Origin: Pseudomonadota bacterium
Lineage (GTDB): Bacteria > Pseudomonadota > Alphaproteobacteria > Sphingomonadales > Sphingomonadaceae
DNA length: 39,418 nt
Direction of reading: 5' to 3'
NCBI GenBank assembly: GCA_039815015.1
Contig: JBCCAC010000001.1
Span: 1 to 39,418 of the forward strand
The stretch's first letter is position 1. Each line of letters starts with the position of its first letter. This document shows, in pieces, positions 24,605 through 33,800 of this stretch. The position numbers and the translations under genes were made by a program. A model generated the notes under the pieces. The model was not told the origin of the DNA. It saw only the letters and a list, made by a program, of their open reading frames with translations, and did no database searches.

Positions 24605-24994
24605 ATGATTAAAATTCTCAACAGGCATATCGACTACGTCATTTTGGGGTCTGCATAGCTCGTCTTCGCCTACGTCCTCGTCGTGATCGTTTCTGGCTAC
24701 AACAAACTCATGATCGGCGGCGTCACTGCGCTCGCCGGAGGGGCGACGTTCGACGCCAGCCTGGCGATTGCCTGCGCAAGCGTCCTTCTCCTCTTAGGCC
24801 TACTGTATGTCGCGATCATGACTCCTATGGCGTATCGAGACTTCCGCGAGAAGCGTTTCCCCATGCCTATCCCCCGCGACCTCATAGAGTTCATGATCGG
24901 CCGGGAGCTGGCGGAGAAAGAGGCGGCGCGGGAGGCGCGCGTCGCCGCGAAGCGCGCCGCGGCTATTGAATCCGCTGACGCGCCACGCCCTTGA
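24605..24994 (+). pseudogene. Membrane protein gene with in-frame TAG at 24656-24658 (pseudogene, read-through or sequence error)
   Basis: GGAG RBS plus ATG 24605 is in frame with the 24683-24994 ORF; the hydrophobic stretch spans the stop. Confidence 0.55.
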
Positions 24995-25385
24995 GCTTCT
25001 CATAGGTGCGCAGGCCGCCCAGGCCGAGCATGCCCATCAGGATCGTGACGAGCGCCCCGGTGTCCGGCGCGGGCATGGGCGTCCCGATATTGGTCCAGCC
25101 GGCGATCACCGCCGCTTGATGCGCCCAGACGATGATCGGGTGGAACGACGCGAGCGCCAAGCCGAGCACGCACACCCAGCCCGTGGCCGGCCGCCAGCCG
25201 GCGACGAAGGTGGAGTCATGCTTGGCCTCGACGGCGTTCACCTCCATCTGGTGGATCGCCGGGAGTTGCCGCACGCGCTCCAGCGCCAGCTTCGCCTTGT
25301 CTCGCTCTTCGTCGCTGGTGAACAGCTCGTCGAGCACGCCGCCCACGCCGCTGACGACGCCTTCCGCCACATCGCCCCAGATCAT
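24963..25385 (-). CDS. Holin (3TM/GTA-holin family)
   Basis: LDELFTSDEER, N..EA...S.FVAGWRP..GWVC, GMLGLGG.RT.EK.KGV. Confidence 0.85.
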   Translation of the reverse strand: MIWGDVAEGVVSGVGGVLDELFTSDEERDKAKLALERVRQLPAIHQMEVNAVEAKHDSTFVAGWRPATGWVCVLGLALASFHPIIVWAHQAAVIAGWTNIGTPMPAPDTGALVTILMGMLGLGGLRTYEKLKGVARQRIQ

Positions 25386-25804
25386 AGGCCGTTCCTTTCC
25401 GCCCAGGCCCGCACGTCAAAGGTCGGGCAGGCTTTGCGCTTGTCGTAGTCCCGATGGCCCGAGAGCTTCAGCGGCCCATAGGTCTGACGGTAATTGCGGA
25501 TTGCGCCGATCAGCGCTGACAGCTGCGCCGGCGTGAACGTGTCCTCCGGGCGGGCGTCGGTGACGCCGTAACCGCCGGCGAGCGCGATCCCGATCGACCG
25601 GCCGTTGCGACGGTAGCAATGCGCGCCGGCCCGCTCGATCGGCCGGCCTTCTTCGGCGCGGCCGTCTTCCCCGATGACGAGGTGATAGCCGATGTCGGAC
25701 CAGCCCCGCTCGTCGACATGCCAGCGCCGAATTTCGGCGACGTCGGCCTTCTGCCCGCGCCGCGTATCCGTGCAATGCACGATGATTTCGTTGATCCGCC
25801 GCAT
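25382..25804 (-). CDS. Endolysin, N-acetylmuramoyl-L-alanine amidase (T7 lysozyme-like)
   Basis: IIVHC, IR.WH...GWSDIGYH, GAH, GHRD...KACP.F. Confidence 0.93.
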   Translation of the reverse strand: MRRINEIIVHCTDTRRGQKADVAEIRRWHVDERGWSDIGYHLVIGEDGRAEEGRPIERAGAHCYRRNGRSIGIALAGGYGVTDARPEDTFTPAQLSALIGAIRNYRQTYGPLKLSGHRDYDKRKACPTFDVRAWAERNGL

Positions 25805-25818
25805 GGCCGATCTCCCAT

Positions 25819-25842
25819 AAAAAAAGCCGCCCGAAGGCGGCT
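25819..25842 (-). terminator. Intrinsic terminator upstream of the endolysin
   Basis: AGCCGCC-TTCG-GGCGGCT followed by a T-tract on the minus strand. Confidence 0.8.
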
Positions 25843-25866
25843 CGCGTCGATCATTGAGTTCAGGGG

Positions 25867-26076
25867 TCAGGGCGTCTTTGTGAGGAAGTCGACGCCCTTG
25901 TTCGCCGCCGCGCCGATCCCGGCGGCGAGGCCCATCAGCCAGTATTTCGCCCGCTCAAGTCGGGCGACCCGACGCTCGACGTCGTCGACGTCCCTCGCCG
26001 TGTCGTCCACTTTGGACAGCGCTGCATCGAGCTTGCCTTCGATGCGGCCGATCAGGAGTTCCAGCGGCTCGCTCAT
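25867..26076 (-). CDS. Small coiled-coil + transmembrane lysis-region protein
   Basis: IGRIEGKLD...RVARLER..W..G.AAG.G. Confidence 0.7.
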   Translation of the reverse strand: MSEPLELLIGRIEGKLDAALSKVDDTARDVDDVERRVARLERAKYWLMGLAAGIGAAANKGVDFLTKTP

Positions 26077-28988
26077 GGCAGCAGCGCCGCCGTGCCGAGC
26101 GTGATCCCGAACTCGCTTTCGTAGGAGTTATGGAGCAGCGCGATCTGCGCCGGCGTCAGGACGCTATCGAACAACCGGATCGCGCCGATCCGCATCGGCA
26201 GGCCCCGCCCGAGGTTCTGCTGGTCGATCAGCGCGGCGTTGACGCGCGGCCGATAGCTTGGCGTCGGCGTGTCGAGGGTGAAGGTCTCTTCGATCCCCGC
26301 GAGCTTCGAGAGGTACATCCGCGCGGTCCCGGTCCCACCGACGCCGGCGCTGCGGTCGACGCTGACCGTCAGCGCCTGATAGGTCCGCTGGGTGAAATGC
26401 GCCCGCCCGAGAAACAAGCGAGTGTTGCGTTCGAAGTAGTGCGGCTCGTCCTGGCGGCCCGGCTGCAACGCCGTCCGCATGATCAGATTGTTGACGACGG
26501 AGCCCGACGTCGAGCCGAGCATGGACGTGTCAAACGCCCCCGGCCCGATGGCGTCGCCGGTCTGGAAGAACAACATCGAGATCGTGACGTTGCCAGACGC
26601 GAGCGCATTCAAAAGCGCATTGTAGGCGTAGACGTCGTTCGATCCGACATTGACTTGCTGGAAGCCGTCGACCGTAACGAGCGTCCCGCCCGCCGCGGCT
26701 TCCGACGCCCATGCGCCGCCGTTCGCGCTGTCCACGATCGACGCCGCCGTCGAGCCGGGGTTCTGCGGGTCCATGTTGACCGTCGGCGATTGGAAGGCTG
26801 CGGGCTGGTAAATCGCGGAAGGGCTGAAGCCCCCAGCCCCAACGCGGTTGCGGCCGGCGACGCGCACCTCCTGCGCCGCTGCGCTGGGCAGCGCGCCGAT
26901 ATCGAGGGTTACGCTGAGCCCCGGCGCGACTGGGTCCGCTGTTTCAAGCGTGTCGATCCGCGTGAACGCGCCGGCCGTCCCGTCCTCCCGGTACTCGATC
27001 GCGAACTCCTGCGCGCCCTCCGGCGATACGACGGTCAGATTTGTATCTGCAATCGTCGGCAGCGGCGGGGTCGCGGGGACGGCGCTGTCAAACCGCGGCA
27101 GGCGACGCAGGACGTCCGCCAAGCGACGGCCATTCGCCCGCTGCTCGCCGGTCAGATAATGGCCGGCCGTATTGGACCCGAAGCCGCCGCTGACGAAGGC
27201 GGTGTTGGCGACCTCTAACGCCGTTTCCCGCTGAGCGTCCACGATGTCCGACAGCCCCGGCGTCGCCGCTGCGAAGCCCGGCACGACGGACAGCATCAGG
27301 AACGGGATCGTCGACCATCCAGCGTTCGCACGGATGCGCGTGATCCCGGCCGCAAGATCGGCCTTATAGGTCGCCTTGGCCGTCGCCGCGTTGGCCTCGC
27401 CCTGACACCAAAGGATCGCTTCGGGCTCGGCGTCCGGGAACGCCGCCGCGACCGCCGCGAGCGCGTCCTGCACGTCCTGAAAGCCGCCGCTCGCCGCCGC
27501 CGGGTCCCAATAGCTCCCCGTCCCTACGGCCGCGCCGACGAGCGCGCACTGAACGACGATGAAGCGTTCTCCAGGCCGCAACTCGCCGATGCGCGACAGG
27601 CAATAGGAGAAGGCCGGCGAATAGTACCGCGCCGGCGGGCCGAACGGGCTCGTGAAGCCCGGCCCCTCCATCCGCAGCACGCCCGACTGGCCCGGGCCGG
27701 ACGCAGGCGACGGAAAGGCGAGGATCTGCGGATGGGGGACGTCTATCGTCTCGTCCGCCCCGCCGTCCGGCGAGCCGGAACCGACCATATTCGATTGCCC
27801 GGCGGCCAGGATGATGCGGTCGGCGAGGCTCCCCGCGCCGGCGGCTGCGGCGGAGGCCGCGGCGGCGGACGCCGAGAGCCCAGCGCTCACCGCAGCGGCG
27901 GACGCCGAAATGTCCGCGGCGCGCGCATCCGCGGCTTCCGCCGCTGCATTCGCCGCGCTATCCGCGGCCTTGGCGGCGTGATGCAGTGCGGAAAATGACG
28001 ACGTGCCGGGGACAACGCTGTCTTCGGGGTTGGTGGCCCATTGCTGCGCAAGGTTGCGCGCCGCTTCCGCCGCCGTCTGCGCCGCCTGCGCATCGCCAAC
28101 TGCGGTCGACGCGGCTGTCGCGCTCGCCGCGGCGTTCGTCTCGCTGTTGCCAGCGTTCGCTTCCGACGTGGCCGCCGCAGACGCCTCCGCCACCGCGTTC
28201 GCCGCCGACAGCGCCGCAGCGGACGCAGAGCTGGACGCCGCCGATGCGGACCCTGCGGCTGCGGTCGCGCTGCCCGCCGCCGCAGTCGCCTGCGTCGTCG
28301 CGTCCGTCACGGCCTGCGTCGCGGTGGACAGATCCAGCAGCCGGCGCACGTTCCCGGCCATCGTATCGGCGGGGATGTTCGTGCCGGTGTGCGCAATGAG
28401 GACGCTGTAAATGTCCTGCGTCGCCGGGTCCGTATAGATGTCGCCCGAAAAGTACGCCGTGCCGCTCACGAAGTCGCCGCGGTCGCTCCCCGTCTGCGTG
28501 AGGTTCACAAGGTCGCCGTTTGCATCCCAGCCCAGCGGCGAACCCGCGTTCGGCTCAGGCAAGACCACGCTCGCCGTCTGTGTGTTGACCGCGAGCAGCA
28601 CGGCGCGTTCGGTTTGCTCTTGAAGCTGCTGTAAGCCTTGCGTCAGGCGATCAAGCGCGCGCTCGTTGGTTTCCGCCGGGAACCGCGCACCCTCGACAAA
28701 TTCCGTCAACTGCGTGAGCGACAAGTCGCGAATGATCGTAAGCGTTTGGCCCGACGCCAGCGGGGTCGTGAGCGTGACCGACCCGCCGTTTGGGTCGCCG
28801 TTGCTGTCCGTCGTCGCTGCGACGGTGTAGTCGGCGCCTAAGACAAGCTTCGTCTCGTTCCCGTCCGCCCCAAGGCGGAAGACGCCAAGGTCTGCGGATG
28901 CGAAGAACGCGAACGTGACGGTGAACGTCGTGGATACGCCATCGCCGCTATACGGCCCGGAACGGCGGGCGTCGCTGCCTACGGTCAT
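26073..28988 (-). CDS. Tail fibre/spike with SGNH (sialate O-acetylesterase-like) domain
   Basis: T7 gp17-like N-terminus (YSGDG..T.F...F; ERALDRLT...QQ), Ala-rich stalk, AGQSNM and W.QGE.N motifs, FN3-like and lectin-like C-terminus. Confidence 0.88.
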   Translation of the reverse strand: MTVGSDARRSGPYSGDGVSTTFTVTFAFFASADLGVFRLGADGNETKLVLGADYTVAATTDSNGDPNGGSVTLTTPLASGQTLTIIRDLSLTQLTEFVEGARFPAETNERALDRLTQGLQQLQEQTERAVLLAVNTQTASVVLPEPNAGSPLGWDANGDLVNLTQTGSDRGDFVSGTAYFSGDIYTDPATQDIYSVLIAHTGTNIPADTMAGNVRRLLDLSTATQAVTDATTQATAAAGSATAAAGSASAASSSASAAALSAANAVAEASAAATSEANAGNSETNAAASATAASTAVGDAQAAQTAAEAARNLAQQWATNPEDSVVPGTSSFSALHHAAKAADSAANAAAEAADARAADISASAAAVSAGLSASAAAASAAAAGAGSLADRIILAAGQSNMVGSGSPDGGADETIDVPHPQILAFPSPASGPGQSGVLRMEGPGFTSPFGPPARYYSPAFSYCLSRIGELRPGERFIVVQCALVGAAVGTGSYWDPAAASGGFQDVQDALAAVAAAFPDAEPEAILWCQGEANAATAKATYKADLAAGITRIRANAGWSTIPFLMLSVVPGFAAATPGLSDIVDAQRETALEVANTAFVSGGFGSNTAGHYLTGEQRANGRRLADVLRRLPRFDSAVPATPPLPTIADTNLTVVSPEGAQEFAIEYREDGTAGAFTRIDTLETADPVAPGLSVTLDIGALPSAAAQEVRVAGRNRVGAGGFSPSAIYQPAAFQSPTVNMDPQNPGSTAASIVDSANGGAWASEAAAGGTLVTVDGFQQVNVGSNDVYAYNALLNALASGNVTISMLFFQTGDAIGPGAFDTSMLGSTSGSVVNNLIMRTALQPGRQDEPHYFERNTRLFLGRAHFTQRTYQALTVSVDRSAGVGGTGTARMYLSKLAGIEETFTLDTPTPSYRPRVNAALIDQQNLGRGLPMRIGAIRLFDSVLTPAQIALLHNSYESEFGITLGTAALLP

Positions 28989-28999
28989 CGTTACCCCAT

Positions 29000-29027
29000 A
29001 AAAAAAGCCGCCCGAAACCCGGACGGC
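29000..29027 (-). terminator. Intrinsic terminator upstream of the tail fibre gene
   Basis: GCCGTCCG-GGTTT-CGGGCGGC plus T7 tract. Confidence 0.7.
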
Positions 29028-29029
29028 GC

Positions 29030-29058
29030 TTGAAAAAGGCTACTCAGTAGCCATATCA
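29030..29058 (+). promoter_or_regulatory. Moron promoter with palindromic operator GGCTAC-TCA-GTAGCC
   Basis: TTGAAA at 29030-29035, CATATC about 16 nt later; perfect inverted repeat 29038-29052 in the spacer. Confidence 0.65.
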
Positions 29059-29062
29059 GTGG

Positions 29063-29224
29063 TGTCGATACTGGCAATCAAGCCAGCGACAAGCGGGGAG
29101 GACGAAGATGGCTTTTCGCTTCGTCCTCTCGTTTAGAAGTGAAAAGCGGAGCTGGACCCTCCGCTTTTCGATAGGCTTCTAAATCGAGAGAGGTGGGGGC
29201 CAGGTAGGCCCTCACCGCTCCCCG
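29063..29224 (+). other. Highly structured leader RNA
   Basis: Stems 29063-29091; 29098-29107/29119-29128; 29141-29151/29159-29169; 29132-29139/29176-29183; 29192-29201/29207-29216; 29094-29100/29218-29224. Confidence 0.75.
29108..29182 (+). CDS. 24-aa micro-peptide MAFRFVLSFRSEKRSWTLRFSIGF
   Basis: Strong GGGGAGGA RBS 5 nt upstream of the ATG; TAA at 29180-29182. Confidence 0.6.
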   Translation: MAFRFVLSFRSEKRSWTLRFSIGF

Positions 29225-29241
29225 AAGATAAGGGCGCGGCG

Positions 29242-29670
29242 ATGACACCTCAAGAATTCCAAGACTGGCGCAAGGCGATGAACCTCACGCAAGAAGCCGC
29301 CGCCGAAGCCCTCGACCTGTCCCGCGCGACGATCAAGATGTACGAAGCCGGCAAGCGGCCGGGCAAAGACGCCCGCCCCGTCGCGATCCCCCGCACCGTC
29401 GCCCTCGCCTGCGCCGCGCTGGCCTGCGGCCTAGAGGAAAGCGATGCGGTCCCCCAGGATTGGCCCGAAATCGACTTCAGCGTGGACCACACCTCACATC
29501 GAGCGCTTCAGGCGTCGATCCTCGACAACCTCCATAAGCCCGACGCTGTGCGCTCGCTCGTGGAACGGTGGTTTGAGAGCGAGCGCGAGCTTCTACAGGC
29601 GTTGCTTGACGACGATAAGCGGCTCAGCATGCATCAGATGGTGTTGCTGCATCGGGCCGTTGGGGCCTGA
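29242..29670 (+). CDS. XRE-family HTH protein with C-terminal extension
   Basis: MTPQEFQDWRKAMNLTQEAAAEALDLSRATIKMYEAG...IPRTVALACAAL. Confidence 0.85.
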   Translation: MTPQEFQDWRKAMNLTQEAAAEALDLSRATIKMYEAGKRPGKDARPVAIPRTVALACAALACGLEESDAVPQDWPEIDFSVDHTSHRALQASILDNLHKPDAVRSLVERWFESERELLQALLDDDKRLSMHQMVLLHRAVGA

Positions 29671-29748
29671 GTGGCGACGCGCCGCCGGCTCCCTTGCCCC
29701 ACCCCTAAGCCTGTGATTGCGTAGCCTCCTCAAAAGCGGGAGGTCGGC

Positions 29749-30240
29749 ATGGTCGATTTCGGCGCGATAACCGGCGCGATCACGAGCCTGAACGCGATCG
29801 CGGAACTCGCGAAGAACATCCGAGAGACGAAGGACGAGAAGCTCGCGAGCGATAAGTTCGGCGAGCTAACGATGGCGCTGCTTGAAGCACTCAAATTCAT
29901 CCGAGCTGCGGAGGATGAATATACTGCGCTTCGTCGCGAACTGGCCGACCTTAAGCAGCAAGTAGCAGAGATAGACACATTTGCTGCTGAGGCCGCGAAC
30001 TATGAACTTACTGATGTTGAGCGAGGCGCGCTGGTCTACGCGCTCAAGGAAACAGCAACACCGATGCAACCACCGCATTGGCTCTGCGCATCCTGTTATC
30101 AGAAGTCCAAGAAAAGCATACTCCAGCGGGATTCGACGCCGATTAAAGATACGCGACAGATTTTTTACCGCTGCAACGAATGTGGGAGCAAAATATCTGT
30201 CGATCGCGCCAACTTCCCCGGCTCTGGGTACATTCCATGA
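29749..30240 (+). CDS. Moron protein: coiled coil + C-terminal Zn ribbon
   Basis: GGGAGG RBS; HWLCASCY...SILQ...CNEC; lower GC. Confidence 0.8.
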   Translation: MVDFGAITGAITSLNAIAELAKNIRETKDEKLASDKFGELTMALLEALKFIRAAEDEYTALRRELADLKQQVAEIDTFAAEAANYELTDVERGALVYALKETATPMQPPHWLCASCYQKSKKSILQRDSTPIKDTRQIFYRCNECGSKISVDRANFPGSGYIP

Positions 30241-30360
30241 CATCCCTTCATTGAACTCCTCGTGAGCCGCCGGCATGCTCGCGCTCATCAACCTCGGCTC
30301 GGGCGTCCGACTGCGACGGCTTCATCGGTTTAGTGCGGTTTTAGGCGATAGGAGAGTTTG

Positions 30361-30486
30361 ATGGACTTAGAGCTGTCGCTGATATTTGGCGTTTTTGTCG
30401 GTCTTGTCGCCGCGTGCATTATCCTTGAGCGCCGCATAAAGGCGCTCACCAATGAGGTGGAAGACATCAAGCGTCGCCTGCGTTAG
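30361..30486 (+). CDS. 41-aa single-TM peptide (MDLELSLIFGVFVGLVAACIILERRIKALTNEVEDIKRRLR)
   Basis: AGGAG RBS; TM helix plus short coiled coil. Confidence 0.6.
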   Translation: MDLELSLIFGVFVGLVAACIILERRIKALTNEVEDIKRRLR

Positions 30487-30580
30487 CGACTTGGCCACGG
30501 CGCATGTCTTGCCGCCGCTCGATGTCCTCATTGCGGCGCGGGCGAAGAATAGCTCTGGTGGGCAGCGCGAAGGCTGCGCT

Positions 30581-30853
30581 TTAGTTCTTCTCTTTATCAG
30601 GCCCAAAGACGAAATCCACAACACCGCGGATCATCGCGCGGACCTCGTATTTCTCGCCTGTCACGATAATCCCCCCTATTATCGTAAATCCGACGATGAC
30701 GGTGAATAGGTTCGCCCCGAACCCAAGTGCATCTAATGTAAACGCCACAGCAAAGAACACGCAGGCCACGTAAGCGACATACAGTAGCGCAACCAAAACA
30801 AAGCAAAGCGCCACCCGAAGCATATTCCAGTAAATGAGAAGCGCGTCCTTCAA
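30581..30853 (-). CDS. Small membrane protein (2 TM)
   Basis: Likely TTGA-coupled start at 30853; hydrophobic; lower GC. Confidence 0.55.
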   Translation of the reverse strand: MKDALLIYWNMLRVALCFVLVALLYVAYVACVFFAVAFTLDALGFGANLFTVIVGFTIIGGIIVTGEKYEVRAMIRGVVDFVFGPDKEKN

Positions 30854-33800
30854 AGCGCGTCCTTCCGGGCCATCTCTGCAGCCCATGCTTCGCGGAATTC
30901 TTCTAACTGACTGATGGCGTTGTCCTGTCTCACGCCATTATCGATGGTTGCGACCATCTCGCCAATCAAGGGGGAGCCCATCGCAAGCGCTTCGCGGGCT
31001 GCCCCAGAGTACGACCGCCGGATTTTGTCTAGCATCTTCGCCTTGCCGCCATCCGGGCCGTCCGTCTCACTTTCGTAGTCGCGGCTGAACTCGCCAAGCT
31101 CGCCCGTCACAAGCGCATTCATGGCGTCGAACATGCCAAGTCCGCCGTACTTCTCTAGCTTGATCTCGTTGCCCAGCATCCGATTAATCAAGTCTTTGAC
31201 TTCCGGGTACCGCTTAAGATTGATCCGCGCGCCGTCGAACGAAAAGCTGTTCGACTGTTTCGACACAAACTTGTCGAGGCGCAGCATTTCCTCATCAATC
31301 GGACTGGGGTCTTCCCGCCGCGAATAAATCGGCGACATCATATCGTAAGCCCAGCCCAAGCCCGACCGGAAGTCGACCTCTCGCCCCCACAAGTCGCGGA
31401 CGGGCGGCATATCTTCGGACATTCCCGGAATGCGCCGCTTGGCGCTTTCGATATAGCCATCGGCCGCGCGCAAGTAGGGGTCGCTAAAGCGCGCCGCCTC
31501 GTTCAGCGCGGACGGCACGAACGAGCCCGCAAAGCGTTCTAGGAAGCGCTCAGTTTCCCACTGATCTCCGGTCATCGCCGTCATGAACTCGACGCCGCCT
31601 GAGATAAACGTTTTATCCGAGAACGTGTTCCCGATAGCGCCGACGACAGCGGCCGAAATCTCGTCGATCGTCGGAAGGTCGTCATCGTCCCAATCCGCAT
31701 ACGTCACGAACTCCGCGGCGTTTGCCGCCAGCCCCATAACCATTCCGTAAGGGTCGAGGCGGTTGTACGCATACCATCGGTCGCCAAGCCGAACGCTGTT
31801 CGGTTGCCAGCCATTTCGGCGCATGGCCGCCATCTGGCGACGGTCGCTTGGCCCGGCCCCGGAGACATGCCCTTCCATCGCCTGTTCGGCGACGAACGCC
31901 ATGAACATCGTTCCGAGCCCCATGCGCGCGAGCGCAAGGTCTGCGTCCGCACCGCCCTTCGCGATGTCGCGCCGCCACCCCTCAAACAACGGCGCGAGCG
32001 GTGTCCGCTCTAGCGTGTATTCCGCGATGTTCACTGGCGTCTTGATGAAGGGCAGGACAAAGCGACCCATCACGCCCATACGGTTGATGCTTTGCTGAAA
32101 CGCCTTGCCGCGGACACCCAGCTCTTTCGTGAAAGTCGCCATCTCGGCTTGCTGTAACGCGATGATGCGTAAGTCTTCCGGCGGGTCTTCTATAAGCTCG
32201 ATGAAGCGCTTTTGCCGATTGGCTTCGGCCAGCTTCCCGCCGCGCACTTCGTCCGCCACTTGCCGCGTTGCCCGCGCGCGAAGCTCCCCGCGGTAGTTCA
32301 GCGTTTTGAAAAACTCATCCGTCCCGGCCAAGGCGCGGCCGGGCAGTGAGTAGACGGACCCAATGGCGTCGATCGCACCACCGGCCGTGCGGCCTAGCAT
32401 CGTGTTTTGACGTAGGCCGATTTTCGATAGCGCCGGGTCAAGGTATTCCGCCGACATCTTTTGCGTATACGGCGTATCGAGCTTCGACCCGGTCGCGCCG
32501 CCACTAACCTCGTCCAGAAAGTATCCGGTTTGCTGCGTCCGCATGGACCGCGCCGCAAAACGCGCCGCATCCTTAAACCCGCCGAGCATCCCGATAAGCT
32601 GGCTCATCGCTTCGCCATCGGCGACGCCGTCGCCCGTGCGGATTGCGCCAGCGGTCGCGCGCTCGTAAAGCTGCTGCGCCACCACGCCCGCGTTCGACGC
32701 AATGTTGACGATGTGCGTCTTCGGGCCGGAAAGCAGCCCCAGCATCCACGTCTCTTGAACGGCGTCCAGCGTCCGCATGAGTGCGCCACGCTCAACAATG
32801 TCGTCGATCCGACCCATATCGCCGCCCTCGAACAAGCCGGCGATTTCTTTCGCCATCCGCTCGTTGACGTCCCGGCCGCCGAAATTGTTCACCACGCCTT
32901 CGATGTGGCGCATTTGCTCGCGACTGCCGCCGGCTGGAATTCTCCACGATTGCAGCGCCCGCGCTGTCTCGCGCCGCGCCGCCATCACTTCGCGCTGCAC
33001 TTCCGCGTGTACAGCGTACATCTTGCGGAATTTAAACAGGTTTTCTGCGGTCGGCTCGCGCGCTGCGGCTTGCGCGATCTCGCCCAATTTCTGCGCGCTG
33101 GATGTGTAAAGCGTCCGGGCCGCGAATGTTTCTTCCGCATTCATCGGCTGGCCTTGTCGGCGCTGCATAAGCGTTTGGAACGCATCTACGCTGCGGGACA
33201 TCTGAACGGTTTCGGCGTTGGTCTGCACGCCCCGCGCGGCCTTTTCGATGTCGGGCGTGAAGTTGTCCGCCATCGTTTGCATGATGTCTTTGACATCATC
33301 AGCGCTGTCGATCCGCGCGAAGTTGATAGCAAAATCACCGTCTTCACGCTTTGCAGCCAACAGCCCGCGAGCCTGCGCCACATCGTTACCGTGCGCCGGC
33401 CGGCCAACACTTGGATCAAACGCCCGGTCGGTCAGTTCCATCGTTCCGTCAAGGTCGGCGAATGCATTGTCCGCCATGCCCGGCCGAAGCATTTCGTCCG
33501 TCGCCGCTTGCATGGACGTTCCGCCCTTGGCCGCCTTGGCGATAAGGACGCGCTTTGTTGCAGACAGAGCGCGCACGCCGCCTTCGGCCAATAGGCCAAA
33601 GCCCAGCCCTTCAAACGACTTCTTCAGTCGGGCTTCGAGTTGAGTATCGTCGTCGTCCCCAGCAAGGTATTCCGCGATCGGATTTTGCAGGTCGGGGTAC
33701 TTCTGCACGAGGTCCGCCAGCCCATCCTCTTGAGGATCGAAGAAGCCGCCATCGGCGATCATACCCTGCGCGCCGAGCTTGGCGGCCTTGCCGATGCCCG

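Noticed and set aside
24656-24658. Genome-wide TAG recoding
   Set aside because: Other genes end plausibly at TAG (e.g. 17290, 18990, 23390), core genes are uninterrupted, and no suppressor tRNA is present.
27830-28320. GCC/GCG-rich repetitive DNA
   Set aside because: Explained by the Ala-rich stalk of the tail fibre.
26073-28988. Diversity-generating retroelement as in BPP-1, or an invertible fibre cassette
   Set aside because: No reverse transcriptase, no template/variable repeat pair, and no alternative fibre C-termini seen.
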